NCBI GenBank assembly: GCA_038526915.1
Contig: JBCBGF010000001.1
Location: 150,881 to 214,880 of the forward strand
DNA length: 64,000 nucleotides
Direction: 5' to 3'
Source of the DNA: Pseudomonadota bacterium
Lineage (GTDB): Bacteria > Pseudomonadota > Alphaproteobacteria > Rhodobacterales > Rhodobacteraceae
Shown here: positions 55,259 through 64,000 of the stretch, in pieces
Layout: every line of letters starts with the position of its first letter
Position numbering within the stretch: position 1 is the first letter of the stretch
Notes under the pieces: generated by a model
What the model was told of the DNA's origin: nothing
The model's input: the letters and a program-made list of their open reading frames with translations, nothing else
The model's database searches: none
Position numbers and translations under genes: made by a program

Positions 55259-55729
55259 CTACTCGGCCGCCACAGCCACACTCGGGTTCCGCCGCCAGAC
55301 CGAAAAATTCAGCGCGCCCGCGACCGTCACCCAGGCCAGGTATGGTACAAACAACAGCCCGGCGATCCAGTTGAGCTGCCAAAACGCCACCATCGTCGCC
55401 GCCACCGACACCCACAGACACACCAGAACAAACATTCCCGCGCCCAACCGGCGCAAGCCAAAGAATATCGGTGTCCAAAGAGTATTGAGCGCGATCTGAA
55501 CAGCGAACAGGGCCATCGCAACGGCGCTGCCCGACACAGGCGCGGCAAGCGCAGCTGCGGCAGCGATGCAGAGGTAGAGCACGCTCCACGCCAATGGGAA
55601 GGCCCAGTCAGGCGGTGTCCATCTGGGCTTGTCCAGGGATTTGTACCATTCCCCCGGCTGAAACATCGCACCGGTCGTGCCCGCCGCGACGCAGGCCATG
55701 AAAAATATCGCAAAGAGAAGCCAATCCAT
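55259..55729 (-). CDS. tspO: Tryptophan-rich sensory protein TspO (CrtK)
   Basis: 156 aa, 5 TM helices, with WYKSLDKPRWTPPDWAFPLAWSVLY. Downstream of crtB as in Rhodobacter. Confidence 0.92.
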   Translation of the reverse strand: MDWLLFAIFFMACVAAGTTGAMFQPGEWYKSLDKPRWTPPDWAFPLAWSVLYLCIAAAAALAAPVSGSAVAMALFAVQIALNTLWTPIFFGLRRLGAGMFVLVCLWVSVAATMVAFWQLNWIAGLLFVPYLAWVTVAGALNFSVWRRNPSVAVAAE

Positions 55730-55743
55730 ACCGCATAGGTAGG

Positions 55744-56781
55744 TCAGGCGCCGAAATGTTCCAAATGCAGACGGCGATCTCGCGCCTCCAACGTTGCCAG
55801 CGCCGAGATCAACGCCCCCGACCGGCCGTCGCCCCAGGCGTTCACGCTCGGCGCACTGCGGGCTGCTGCATCGACCAGAAACCGTGTCTCATCCAGTGGT
55901 TTCGCGTATAGCACCGCCGATTTCGGCATCACCATCGTGACCCCTGTTCGCAGGACCGACAGGCCCAGCCAGCCCAGCTTCTGCGATCTGTAGGTATGGG
56001 CGCGGTAGGACACCGTATCATACCCGTTCCGCCGGATCGCGCCACCGATCCCGGCATAGACGTGCCGCGCGGCGTAGATCCCCGGGCGGGCTTTCCGGGG
56101 CAGCGCTGGAATGCCGGCCTCAGAGCGCAGATAAAGCTTCTCCGCCTCGCGCAAGAGCCGCCGCACCATGGCTCGGACCCGCTCATCGGGCAGGGGGTCT
56201 GCGAAGAACGCATCAGGGTCTATCCCAGCCTCTTCCAGCCAGTCGAGCGGCAGGTACATCCGCCGTTCCCGCGCATCCTCGCCCACATCGCGCGAGATAT
56301 TGGTCAGCTGCATCGCCACGCCCAGATCGCAGGCCCGCGCAAGCGCATCATAGTCGCGCACGCGCATGAGCACGCACATCATCGCGCCCACTGCCGCCGC
56401 CACACGCGCGGAATAGTCAAACAGCTCTGACAAGGTCTGATACTGCCGCCCCATCGCATCCCAGGCCAGCCCTTCGAGCAACGCATCGGGCAAGGCACGC
56501 GGCATCTCATACGTGTCTATCACGGCCGCAAAGGCACGATCGGCAGGCGTATTCCGAGGTTGTCCACGATAGATCAGATCCAACCGATCCCGCAGGGTCA
56601 GGACCGCCGCGCCCTTCTCTTCATGCAGATCCACCGCGTCGTCTGCCAACCGGCAAAACGCATAAAGCGCCAGCGCTGGATCGCGCACTTTCGCAGGGAG
56701 CAGCTTGGACGCGGCATAGAAGGACAGCGACCCGTGACGGATCGCTTCCTTACAGTGGGCCAGATCGTTTGGGTTCATCAC
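55744..56781 (-). CDS. crtB: Phytoene synthase
   Basis: 345 aa with squalene/phytoene synthase motifs (YAFCRLADDAVD, MQLTNISRDVGEDA). Confidence 0.95.
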   Translation of the reverse strand: MMNPNDLAHCKEAIRHGSLSFYAASKLLPAKVRDPALALYAFCRLADDAVDLHEEKGAAVLTLRDRLDLIYRGQPRNTPADRAFAAVIDTYEMPRALPDALLEGLAWDAMGRQYQTLSELFDYSARVAAAVGAMMCVLMRVRDYDALARACDLGVAMQLTNISRDVGEDARERRMYLPLDWLEEAGIDPDAFFADPLPDERVRAMVRRLLREAEKLYLRSEAGIPALPRKARPGIYAARHVYAGIGGAIRRNGYDTVSYRAHTYRSQKLGWLGLSVLRTGVTMVMPKSAVLYAKPLDETRFLVDAAARSAPSVNAWGDGRSGALISALATLEARDRRLHLEHFGA

Positions 56782-58334
56782 TCCGCCGCCATTTTCGTGG
56801 GGAAAGGTATCTCAGCCACCTCGGGCACCATCTGCGCCAACACCTCGGCACTGCAGACCACACCGGGCAGACCGGCACCCGGATGCGTGCCCGCCCCGGC
56901 AAGGTAGAGACCGGGCAGTTCTTCGCTGACATTGTGGGGCCGGAACCAGGCCGATTGCAGAATCCGCGGCTCAATCGAGAAGCCGGTGCCCATGGGCGAC
57001 AAATAGCGGTCGCGGAACGTTTCCGGCGTGAAGGTCAGGCTGGTTGAGACATGATCCTCAAACCCCGGCATGACCTGCTGCAAGACCTTCGTCACCTTCG
57101 CGCGATAGGGTTCTTCCTCGGCCTGCCAGTCCACCGGATCCGCGTGGCCCAGATGCGGGACGGGCGACAGGACATAGAACGTGTCATCGCCCTCTGGCGC
57201 CACCGTGGGATCGGTAACGCTGGGCCGGTGGATGTAGAGGCTCATGTCATCGGCAAGGCGGCCCTTGAGGAAAATCTCCTTGAGTAGACCCTCATATCGC
57301 GGCCCGTTGAGGATCGTGTGGTGCCCAAGATCGGGCCACATGCCCCGCGTGCCTTTGGTGCCGAAATACCAGACGTAAAGGCCCATCGACCACCGGCGGC
57401 TCTTCAGCTTGGCATCGCTCCACCGCTTGCGTTTGTGGCCACGCAATAGGCGGGAATAGGTGTGCCCGGCATCGGCATTGGATACGACGACATCGGCACC
57501 GATCACCTCACCGCCGACCAGCCGCACACCCGACGCGCGACCCTGTTCCACCAGAATCTCATCAACTTCCGCACCCTGCCGAACCAATCCGCCCTGATCC
57601 GCGATCACGCGCACCATGGCATCGGCGATCGCGGCCACACCGCCCATCGCATAGTGAACGCCGTATTCCTTCTCCAGATGGCTGACGAGGGCGTACATCG
57701 ACGTCACATGGCAGGGATCGCCCCCGATAAAGAGGGGATGGAACGACAGCGCCATGCGCAAACGAGGATCGCGCACCCGCGCCTTGGCGTGACCAAAGAT
57801 CGATCGGTCGGCGCGGAGCATCGCAAACGTGGGCAGAACCTTGATCGTGTCCCACAACCGGTGCATCGGCCGCCGGCCCAACCCCTCGAACCCGATGCGA
57901 TAGCGGGTTTCGCTGTCTTTAAGGAACCGCAGGTAGCCCTTCACATCACCCGGCGACAGCCGCGCCACCTCATCCACCATCCGGTCGGTATCACCACAGG
58001 CGGCGAAACGCGTGCCATCGGGCCAGCGGATCTCATAGAACGGATCCAGCGGGCGCAGATCGACATCTGCGTCGAAATCCCGCCCACAGGCCGACCACAG
58101 ATCGCGCAGCACATCCGGCACGGTGACAATTGTGGGCCCCAGATCGAACCGGTGCCCATCCTGCCAGATCGCCGACCCGCGCCCACCTGGGGTGTCGAGC
58201 CGATCCAACACGGTGACGTGATACCCCTTGGCCCCAAGCCGCATTGCGGCGGCCAAACCGCCCAGACCGGCGCCTATCACAACGGCACGGTGGCGGTGTG
58301 CCTCGGGGTCAGAGACTCGCTTCAACATGGACAC
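56778..58334 (-). CDS. crtI: Phytoene desaturase
   Basis: 518 aa with AVVIGAGLGGLAAAMRLGAKGYHVTVLDRLDTPGGR. 4-nt overlap with crtB. Confidence 0.95.
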   Translation of the reverse strand: MSMLKRVSDPEAHRHRAVVIGAGLGGLAAAMRLGAKGYHVTVLDRLDTPGGRGSAIWQDGHRFDLGPTIVTVPDVLRDLWSACGRDFDADVDLRPLDPFYEIRWPDGTRFAACGDTDRMVDEVARLSPGDVKGYLRFLKDSETRYRIGFEGLGRRPMHRLWDTIKVLPTFAMLRADRSIFGHAKARVRDPRLRMALSFHPLFIGGDPCHVTSMYALVSHLEKEYGVHYAMGGVAAIADAMVRVIADQGGLVRQGAEVDEILVEQGRASGVRLVGGEVIGADVVVSNADAGHTYSRLLRGHKRKRWSDAKLKSRRWSMGLYVWYFGTKGTRGMWPDLGHHTILNGPRYEGLLKEIFLKGRLADDMSLYIHRPSVTDPTVAPEGDDTFYVLSPVPHLGHADPVDWQAEEEPYRAKVTKVLQQVMPGFEDHVSTSLTFTPETFRDRYLSPMGTGFSIEPRILQSAWFRPHNVSEELPGLYLAGAGTHPGAGLPGVVCSAEVLAQMVPEVAEIPFPTKMAAE

Positions 58335-58344
58335 ACTCTATATC

Positions 58345-58362
58345 TGTCTAGTTTGCTTTACA
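58345..58362. promoter_or_regulatory. PpsR/CrtJ palindrome, crtI side of the crtI/crtA divergent promoter
   Basis: TGTCTAGTTTGCTTTACA is an exact TGT-N12-ACA, 11 nt upstream of the crtI ATG. Confidence 0.75.
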
Positions 58363-58419
58363 ATCTTTCAGAAATAACCTGACATCAATACGCTTCTGCT
58401 TCCCTTCACACCCTCATTA

Positions 58420-58437
58420 TGTCAGACTTAGTTGACA
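58420..58437. promoter_or_regulatory. PpsR/CrtJ palindrome, crtA side of the crtI/crtA divergent promoter
   Basis: TGTCAGACTTAGTTGACA is an exact TGT-N12-ACA. Confidence 0.75.
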
Positions 58438-58466
58438 GTTAATGGAGGAATCGGGCCATTCAGACC

Positions 58467-59174
58467 GTGACACTCAGCCTGTTCCGCTTCGGATCAGCCG
58501 CCACGCGTCTTTGGGTGCTGGGCCAGATGGGGGCCGCGCGCCTGTCTTTCATGCGCCTGCCCGATGTGGGTTTCTGGAAGCTGTGCGGGTCTGGCACCGG
58601 CGAAGGCTTCACCCCGGTCCCCAACACCGCCGTCTGGGCAATCCTGGCCACCTGGCCGGACGAAGCGACCGCACGCAAGCGGACGGGCGAGGCTGCAGTT
58701 TACAAGCGCTGGCGGGAACGGGCCGATGAATCCTGGACCGTGTTCCTGTCGCCCACATCGTCGCGGGGCGCGTGGTCGGGGGTGGAGCCGTTCCTGACCG
58801 AGAAGCCCGGGAATGCGCCAAACGGCCCGGTCGTTGCCCTGACGCGAGCCACCATCAAACCCTCGGTTCTCATGAAATTCTGGGGCCAGGTCCCGAATAT
58901 CGAAGATGTCATCGGAGATGACCCGAACGTCGCCTTCAAGATCGGGATCGGCGAGGTGCCTTGGTTCCACCAGGTCACCTTCTCGATCTGGCCCGACGTG
59001 TCTTCGATGGATGCCTTTGCCCGCAAAAGCGGCCCGCACGCGAACGCCATCCGCGCCGTTCGCGAAGGCAAGTGGTTCAAGGAAGAGCTTTACGCCCGTT
59101 TCCGCCTGTTGGGCGAAGCCGGCACTTGGGGCGGCACCAGCCCCTTGTCACAACTCGAAAGGATCGCGGCATGA
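58467..59174 (+). CDS. crtA: Spheroidene monooxygenase
   Basis: (V)TLSLFRFGSAATRLWVLGQMGAARL... is CrtA family. The first canonical start is GTG 58467. The in-frame ATT at 58458 lies 9 nt after GGAGG (see findings). Confidence 0.88.
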   Translation: MTLSLFRFGSAATRLWVLGQMGAARLSFMRLPDVGFWKLCGSGTGEGFTPVPNTAVWAILATWPDEATARKRTGEAAVYKRWRERADESWTVFLSPTSSRGAWSGVEPFLTEKPGNAPNGPVVALTRATIKPSVLMKFWGQVPNIEDVIGDDPNVAFKIGIGEVPWFHQVTFSIWPDVSSMDAFARKSGPHANAIRAVREGKWFKEELYARFRLLGEAGTWGGTSPLSQLERIAA

Positions 59175-60196
59175 CCCAGCCGTTCCCATTCTCGGCCATC
59201 GTCGGACAAGACGAGATGAAGCAAGCGATGATCCTGACGGCGATCGATCCCGGGATCGGCGGGGTACTGGTCTTTGGTGACCGCGGCACGGGCAAGTCGA
59301 CGGCGGTGCGCGCGCTGGCCGCGCTCTTGCCGGAGATCACGGCCGTGCAGGGGTGCCCCGTGAACTCTGCCAAACTGGAAGACTGCCCCGAATGGGCTGG
59401 AATAGGGTCGAAACGGGTCGTCAAACGTCCGACGCCCGTGATCGATTTGCCCTTGGGCGTGACAGAGGACCGCGTCGTTGGGGCGCTGGATATCGAACGC
59501 GCGCTGACGCGCGGGGAAAAGGCGTTTGAGCCCGGCCTGCTGGCGCGGGCGAACCGGGGATACCTCTATATCGATGAGGTCAACCTGCTTGAAGATCACA
59601 TCGTCGACCTTCTGCTGGATGTGGCGCAGTCGGGCGAGAACGTGGTTGAGCGCGAAGGTCTGTCGATCCGCCACCCGGCGCGGTTCGTGTTGGTGGGCTC
59701 GGGCAACCCCGAGGAGGGCGAACTCCGGCCCCAGCTTCTTGACCGGTTCGGTCTATCGGTCGAAGTGGCCTCACCCACCGATATCTCGCAACGCATCGAA
59801 GTCATCCGCCGCCGCGACGCCTATGAAAACGACACCGCCGCGTTTCTGAAGCGTTGGCGTGCTGCGGATACGAAGCTGCGCAAGAAGATCCTTGCCGCGA
59901 AGGAGGCGCTGCCGAGCCTGGAGACGCCGGAGCAGACACTGATTGACTGCGCGGAGCTGTGCATCGCGCTGGGATCCGACGGGTTGCGCGGGGAACTGAC
60001 GCTTCTGCGCGCCGCCCGTGCCGTGGCCGCCTTCGAAGGCGCGACGGAGGTCACCCGCGCCCACCTGCGCAAGATCGCGCCCTCCGCGCTGCGCCACCGC
60101 CTGCGCCGCGATCCCTTGGACGAATCCGGCTCAACCACCCGCGTCTCCCGCGCGATGGGGGAACTCTTCGGCACTTTTCTGACAGCGGCGGAGTGA
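59171..60196 (+). CDS. bchI: Mg-chelatase I subunit
   Basis: MTQPFPFSAIVGQDEMKQAMILTAIDPGIGGVLVFGDRGTGKST. The ATG overlaps the crtA TGA. The track ORF has a spurious 70-aa extension. Confidence 0.95.
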   Translation: MTQPFPFSAIVGQDEMKQAMILTAIDPGIGGVLVFGDRGTGKSTAVRALAALLPEITAVQGCPVNSAKLEDCPEWAGIGSKRVVKRPTPVIDLPLGVTEDRVVGALDIERALTRGEKAFEPGLLARANRGYLYIDEVNLLEDHIVDLLLDVAQSGENVVEREGLSIRHPARFVLVGSGNPEEGELRPQLLDRFGLSVEVASPTDISQRIEVIRRRDAYENDTAAFLKRWRAADTKLRKKILAAKEALPSLETPEQTLIDCAELCIALGSDGLRGELTLLRAARAVAAFEGATEVTRAHLRKIAPSALRHRLRRDPLDESGSTTRVSRAMGELFGTFLTAAE

Positions 60197-61897
60197 GTGG
60201 ACGCGCGGACCATCTCTGACGCCGAGGCCCGCTGGGCGCGGGCGGGTCTGGCATTGTCAGTGCTGGCCGTAAACCCGACCGGGCTTGGCGGCCTGTGGCT
60301 GCGCGCCCGTTCTGGCCCTGCGCGGGACCGGTTTCTGGCGGCGCTAGACGCCCTGCCCCTGCCGTTGCGCAAGATACATCCCGGCATCAGCGACACACAG
60401 CTTTACGGCGGTCTCGACCTGAGCGCGACGCTGGGCGGCGGCAAAGTCGTCAACACCGCCGGCATCCTCACCAACCCTTGCGCAATCGTCCTGACCATGG
60501 CCGAACGCTGCCCCGCAGGCCTCGCGGCCCGCCTCGCGACCGCCCTCGATCAGGGCACCCATACACTGATCGCGCTCGACGAAGGGGCGGACAGTGAAGA
60601 GGTCGCACCGCCGTCCCTGACCGAGCCCTTGGGGCTCTTCGTCACCCTCGACGATATCCCCCTGTCCGCGCTGTCCACCGAACTGATCGATGCGGGCGCC
60701 ATCGCAACCGTGCGTCAGCGGCTGCCCCAGGTGACCTGCCCGGATGCCCTGCGCGACGACCTCGTCACCATCGCCGCGACTCTCGGCGTCTCAAGCCTGC
60801 GCGCGCCCCTGCTGGCGCTAGCGGCGGCCCGGACCATCGCTGCCCTCTTCGGCGAGGATGTCGTACAGCCCGACCACATCCGCCTCGCCGCAGAACTCGT
60901 CTTCGCCCACCGCGCGACCGCATTCCCCGACGCAGCAGAGGCACAGGAAGCCGAAACGCCACCACCCCCACCCGAAGACGCACAGACGGACGGCGGCGAT
61001 ACAGAAAGCGATCAGGACCAGTCCCTCCCACAGGAAATCCTGCTCGAAGCCGTTCAGGCCGCCCTCCCCCCCGATGTCCTTGCCGCGCTTGCTGCAGGCC
61101 GCGCGACGCGGGCGCGCTCTGGCGCGGCTGGCAGTGGGGCCACGAAGCGCGGCAACAGGCGGGGCCGGCCTTTGCCGTCACGCCCCGGTCGGCTCGACGG
61201 GCAATCGCGCATTGATCTGGTGGCAACCCTGCGCGCCGCCGCCCCATGGCAACCGATGCGGCGCAAGGCGGCACCCCAAGGTCACAGCCTGCACATCCGT
61301 GCCGAAGACATCCGCGTGCGCCGGTTCGAGGAACGCTCTGACAGGCTTTTGGTCTTCGCCGTCGATGCCTCGGGCTCAGCCGCCATGGCCCGGTTGGCCG
61401 AGGCCAAGGGCGCGGTCGAACTGCTCCTCGCCGAAGCCTATGCGCGCCGGGATCATGTGGCGCTTGTCGCGTTCCGGGGCACGGCCGCGGAACTTCTTCT
61501 GCCCCCCACCCGATCCCTCGTCCAAACCAAACGCCGCCTCGCCGCCTTGCCCGGTGGCGGTGGCACACCGTTGGCCGCGGGTCTGGAAACGGCCATGGAC
61601 ATCGCCCGGCGCGGTCGCGATCACGGCATGACGCCGACGCTCGTTGTGCTGACCGATGGCCGCGCGAATATCGCCCTTGATGGCAGCGCCGACCGCCGCG
61701 CCGCGGGAGATGATGCCCAACGCCTGGCCCGCCTTTGCGCTGGCGAAGGCGTGCCGGGCCTCGTAATCGACACCTCGGTGCGTCCCCAGCCCGCGCTCGC
61801 CACGCTGGCCCAAACCATGGACGCCCCCTACCTCGCCATGCCCCGCGCCGATGCCCACCGCCTGTCCGCCGCGGTCTCCGACCGGCTGGACGCCTGA
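60197..61897 (+). CDS. bchD: Mg-chelatase D subunit
   Basis: GTG start directly after the bchI stop. AAA-like N-terminus, acidic/Pro-rich linker (ETPPPPPEDAQTDGGDTESDQDQ), and a vWA domain with MIDAS motif (VDASGS). Confidence 0.93.
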   Translation: MDARTISDAEARWARAGLALSVLAVNPTGLGGLWLRARSGPARDRFLAALDALPLPLRKIHPGISDTQLYGGLDLSATLGGGKVVNTAGILTNPCAIVLTMAERCPAGLAARLATALDQGTHTLIALDEGADSEEVAPPSLTEPLGLFVTLDDIPLSALSTELIDAGAIATVRQRLPQVTCPDALRDDLVTIAATLGVSSLRAPLLALAAARTIAALFGEDVVQPDHIRLAAELVFAHRATAFPDAAEAQEAETPPPPPEDAQTDGGDTESDQDQSLPQEILLEAVQAALPPDVLAALAAGRATRARSGAAGSGATKRGNRRGRPLPSRPGRLDGQSRIDLVATLRAAAPWQPMRRKAAPQGHSLHIRAEDIRVRRFEERSDRLLVFAVDASGSAAMARLAEAKGAVELLLAEAYARRDHVALVAFRGTAAELLLPPTRSLVQTKRRLAALPGGGGTPLAAGLETAMDIARRGRDHGMTPTLVVLTDGRANIALDGSADRRAAGDDAQRLARLCAGEGVPGLVIDTSVRPQPALATLAQTMDAPYLAMPRADAHRLSAAVSDRLDA

Positions 61898-61902
61898 CCG
61901 CC

Positions 61903-62778
61903 GTGGACTGGACGCGCGACCGCGAGATCTGGCCCAACGCCGAACACTCGCAATTCTTCACAATCAAACCGCATCGCTGGCATGTGCAGATCGCAGGCAC
62001 CGGAGACACTGTTCTGATGCTTCACGGCGCAGGCGGGGCCACGCAAAGCTGGCGCAATCTGTTGCCGATCCTGGCCGAGGCCTGTCATGTCGTGGCCCCC
62101 GACCTGCCCGGCCAAGGCTTCACCCGGATGGGCACCCGCCAACGCTGTGGCATCCGCCCCATGGCGGAAGATGTGGCCCACCTGTGCGAGAGCCAGGGGT
62201 GGCAACCAACCCTGATTGTCGGCCATTCGGCTGGCGCCGCGCTTGCTCTGCAACTGGCCCCGCACCTCGGCGATCCCCCAGTCATCGGCATCAACGCGGC
62301 CCTTGGCCAGTTCGAAGGGGTCGCCGGGTGGCTCTTCCCGCTGATGGCCAAGATGATGGCGCTGAACCCGCTGATCCCACCGCTTCTCGCCCGCATGGCC
62401 GGGGGCGAAGACCGCACGCGCGAGCTTTTGGCCTCCACAGGCTCAACGCTCGATCCCTTAGGCGTCGCGCTCTACCGCAAGCTCATGTCCGACAAGAACC
62501 ATATCGACGGCACGCTGACGATGATGTCGCAATGGAACATCGATGCGCTTGTGGCCCGCCTGCCGCAGATCGAAACGGAAACCACCCTTCTGGTCGGCAC
62601 CGAGGACGGGACGGTGCCGCCCGACGTCTCTCACCGTGCGGCCAAGCGAATGCCCAACGCGACGGTGCAGGACTTCACGGGCCTCGGCCACCTGATGCAT
62701 GAAGAAAACGCCCCCCTGATCGCCGCCGAGATCATCGCAAGACTGCCGCACCAAACCCGCCCCCGCGCCGCTTCTTGA
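61903..62778 (+). CDS. bchO: BchO, alpha/beta-hydrolase of the bchIDO operon
   Basis: GTG 61903 gives (M)DWTRDREIWPNAEHSQFFTIKPHRWHVQIAG, plus HGAGGATQSW and the nucleophile elbow GHSAGA. The track ORF start lies inside bchD. Confidence 0.85.
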   Translation: MDWTRDREIWPNAEHSQFFTIKPHRWHVQIAGTGDTVLMLHGAGGATQSWRNLLPILAEACHVVAPDLPGQGFTRMGTRQRCGIRPMAEDVAHLCESQGWQPTLIVGHSAGAALALQLAPHLGDPPVIGINAALGQFEGVAGWLFPLMAKMMALNPLIPPLLARMAGGEDRTRELLASTGSTLDPLGVALYRKLMSDKNHIDGTLTMMSQWNIDALVARLPQIETETTLLVGTEDGTVPPDVSHRAAKRMPNATVQDFTGLGHLMHEENAPLIAAEIIARLPHQTRPRAAS

Positions 62779-62826
62779 CCCGGCACGGGCAATGCGTAGG
62801 CTGCGGCCAGCATTGCGGAGGCGGAC

Positions 62827-63072
62827 ATGACCCAAAGACTGCACCTCGTTTTCGGCGGCGAGCTGATTGACCCCACCAAGACCGCCTTCAAGGATATCGA
62901 CGACATCGACATCGTAGGCATTTTCCCCGATTACGCCTCGGCCTACGACGCCTGGAAATCGGCGGCCCAGCGCACCGTGGACGATGCCCATACCCGGTAT
63001 TTCATCGCCCACCTGCACCGCTTGCGGGATGAGGAGGCCGAGGCCTCATCAACCGAGGAGCTGAGCGACTAG
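62827..63072 (+). CDS. DUF4170-like small protein
   Basis: 81 aa starting MTQRLHLVFGGELIDPTKTAFKDIDDIDIVGIFPDYASAYDAWKSAAQRTVDDAHTRYFIAHLH. A waaA gene follows directly, an association recalled from other alphaproteobacteria. Confidence 0.6.
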   Translation: MTQRLHLVFGGELIDPTKTAFKDIDDIDIVGIFPDYASAYDAWKSAAQRTVDDAHTRYFIAHLHRLRDEEAEASSTEELSD

Positions 63073-63076
63073 CCCA

Positions 63077-64000
63077 ATGGCCGCCGCCCCGGGACTTTGG
63101 CTGTATCTGCGGGTCAGCCGATTGGCCGCCCCCGTCTTGCGCTGGTGGAAGAGCGACGGGAACGCAACCGCGGCGCGGGGTTTGACGCCCACAGACTGGA
63201 CGACCGAACCCGTCGCGGGGCGTCCGCAGGGTGATCTGATCTGGGTTCATGCCGCCCAAGGCAGCCGCCTGCCCGCCCTGATCCAATTGATCGAGCGCAT
63301 CCTGTCCGAAGGCATCCGCACCGTCCTGCTGACGACATCCCGCGCGGACCAGATCACCGCACCCCTTCCAGATGGAATCATCCACGTCCTGCGCCCGGTC
63401 GATAGCCCGCGGGCGGTGGCGCGGTTTCTCAAACACTGGCACCCGGATGTGGCGGTGTTCTCGGGCAGTGAAATCTGGCCCGCCTGCATCACAGGCTGTG
63501 CGCAGGCCGGTATCCCTCTGTTGATGTTTGACGCCCATTTCCCCCGCCAGAACCGCACCCGCTGGCGCTGGGCCCCGCGCGCGGCGCGCAGTCTGCTGGG
63601 CCGGTTCGAGACGATCCTGACGGGCTCCCATACCGATGCGCAAACCCTGCGCGATCTGGGCGTGGATCAGGCCAAGGTCGAAGTGCCGGGGTTTATCGAG
63701 GAAGGCACTGCGGCGCTCCCCTGCAACGAGGGGGAACGTGATGCCGTAGCGCGTGATCTGGCTGGCCGTCCGGTATGGCTGTCCGCCCGGGTCTGTTTTG
63801 ACGAATTGCCCGCGGTTGAGGCCGCACATCGCCAGGCCTCGCGACTGGCGCACCGGTTGCTCTTGGTGATTGTGCCCAACAAGATCTCACGCGGGGGTGA
63901 GTTTCAGGCGTTCTTCGACAAGCACGGCTGGAACACCGCCCTGCGCAGCACGGGCGACGACGTGCTAGAGGAAAACCAGGTCTATGTGGCCGATACCGAT
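63077..64000 (+). CDS. waaA: 3-deoxy-D-manno-octulosonic acid transferase-like glycosyltransferase, N-terminal part (runs off the window end)
   Basis: Open frame from ATG 63077 to the window edge, read by hand. FLKHWHPDVAVFSGSEIWPACITGCAQAGIPLLMFDAH... resembles the KdtA N-domain. Missing from the ORF track because there is no stop. The antisense 283-aa ORF is Arg-rich shadow. Confidence 0.6.
   Translation, partial: MAAAPGLWLYLRVSRLAAPVLRWWKSDGNATAARGLTPTDWTTEPVAGRPQGDLIWVHAAQGSRLPALIQLIERILSEGIRTVLLTTSRADQITAPLPDGIIHVLRPVDSPRAVARFLKHWHPDVAVFSGSEIWPACITGCAQAGIPLLMFDAHFPRQNRTRWRWAPRAARSLLGRFETILTGSHTDAQTLRDLGVDQAKVEVPGFIEEGTAALPCNEGERDAVARDLAGRPVWLSARVCFDELPAVEAAHRQASRLAHRLLLVIVPNKISRGGEFQAFFDKHGWNTALRSTGDDVLEENQVYVADTD

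Noticed and set aside
63002-63853. 283-aa minus-strand ORF at the right end of the window
   Set aside because: Arg/Gly/Pro-rich translation. The plus strand carries an uninterrupted frame with KdtA/WaaA-like motifs from ATG 63077 to the window edge.

Overview
GC-rich alphaproteobacterial photosynthesis gene cluster (PGC) of the Rhodobacter type; the pufX gene and the gene order point to Rhodobacterales. It fills almost the whole window and is split by about 21 kb of non-photosynthetic DNA. Order: partial ORF, puhC-puhB-puhA-lhaA-bchM-L-H-B-N-F (minus); ppaA-ppsR-bchG-pucC-like-bchP-idi (plus); dxs-pufX-M-L-A-B-Q-bchZ-Y-X-C-crtF-crtE (minus); crtD-crtC (plus). Then the insert, 33.85-55.26 kb: a lipoprotein; a TetR-controlled operon joining an RND pump to a DevBCA-type ABC exporter; two AraC/SDR modules, one with a 44-codon micro-ORF and a 213-aa orphan; rtcR plus an unusual rtcB; a 105-aa orphan; a cytochrome b561-YceI fusion; and YceI. 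The PGC then resumes with tspO-crtB-crtI (minus) and crtA-bchI-D-O (plus), followed by a DUF4170 gene and the 5' part of a waaA-like gene. pufB, pufA, the micro-ORF and both edge-truncated genes are missing from the ORF track and were read by hand. Many genes overlap by 1-11 nt (ATGA/TGATG type), which suggests translational coupling. Nine TGT-N12-ACA (PpsR/CrtJ-type) palindromes lie in five PGC promoter regions. No rRNA, tRNA, CRISPR array, transposase or integrase was seen. Most long ORFs antisense to these genes are GC-rich shadow frames. The candidates most worth a second look are the split PGC, the rtcR/rtcB module (N-terminal domain related to CCA-adding enzymes, no rtcA, no visible sigma-54 promoter), the AraC/micro-ORF/orphan/SDR module, the fused RND+DevBCA operon, a REP-like element shared by an intergenic spacer and the bchB coding region, and a structured sRNA-like segment between bchF and ppaA. 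All functional calls come from motif and family recognition by eye; no searches were run.
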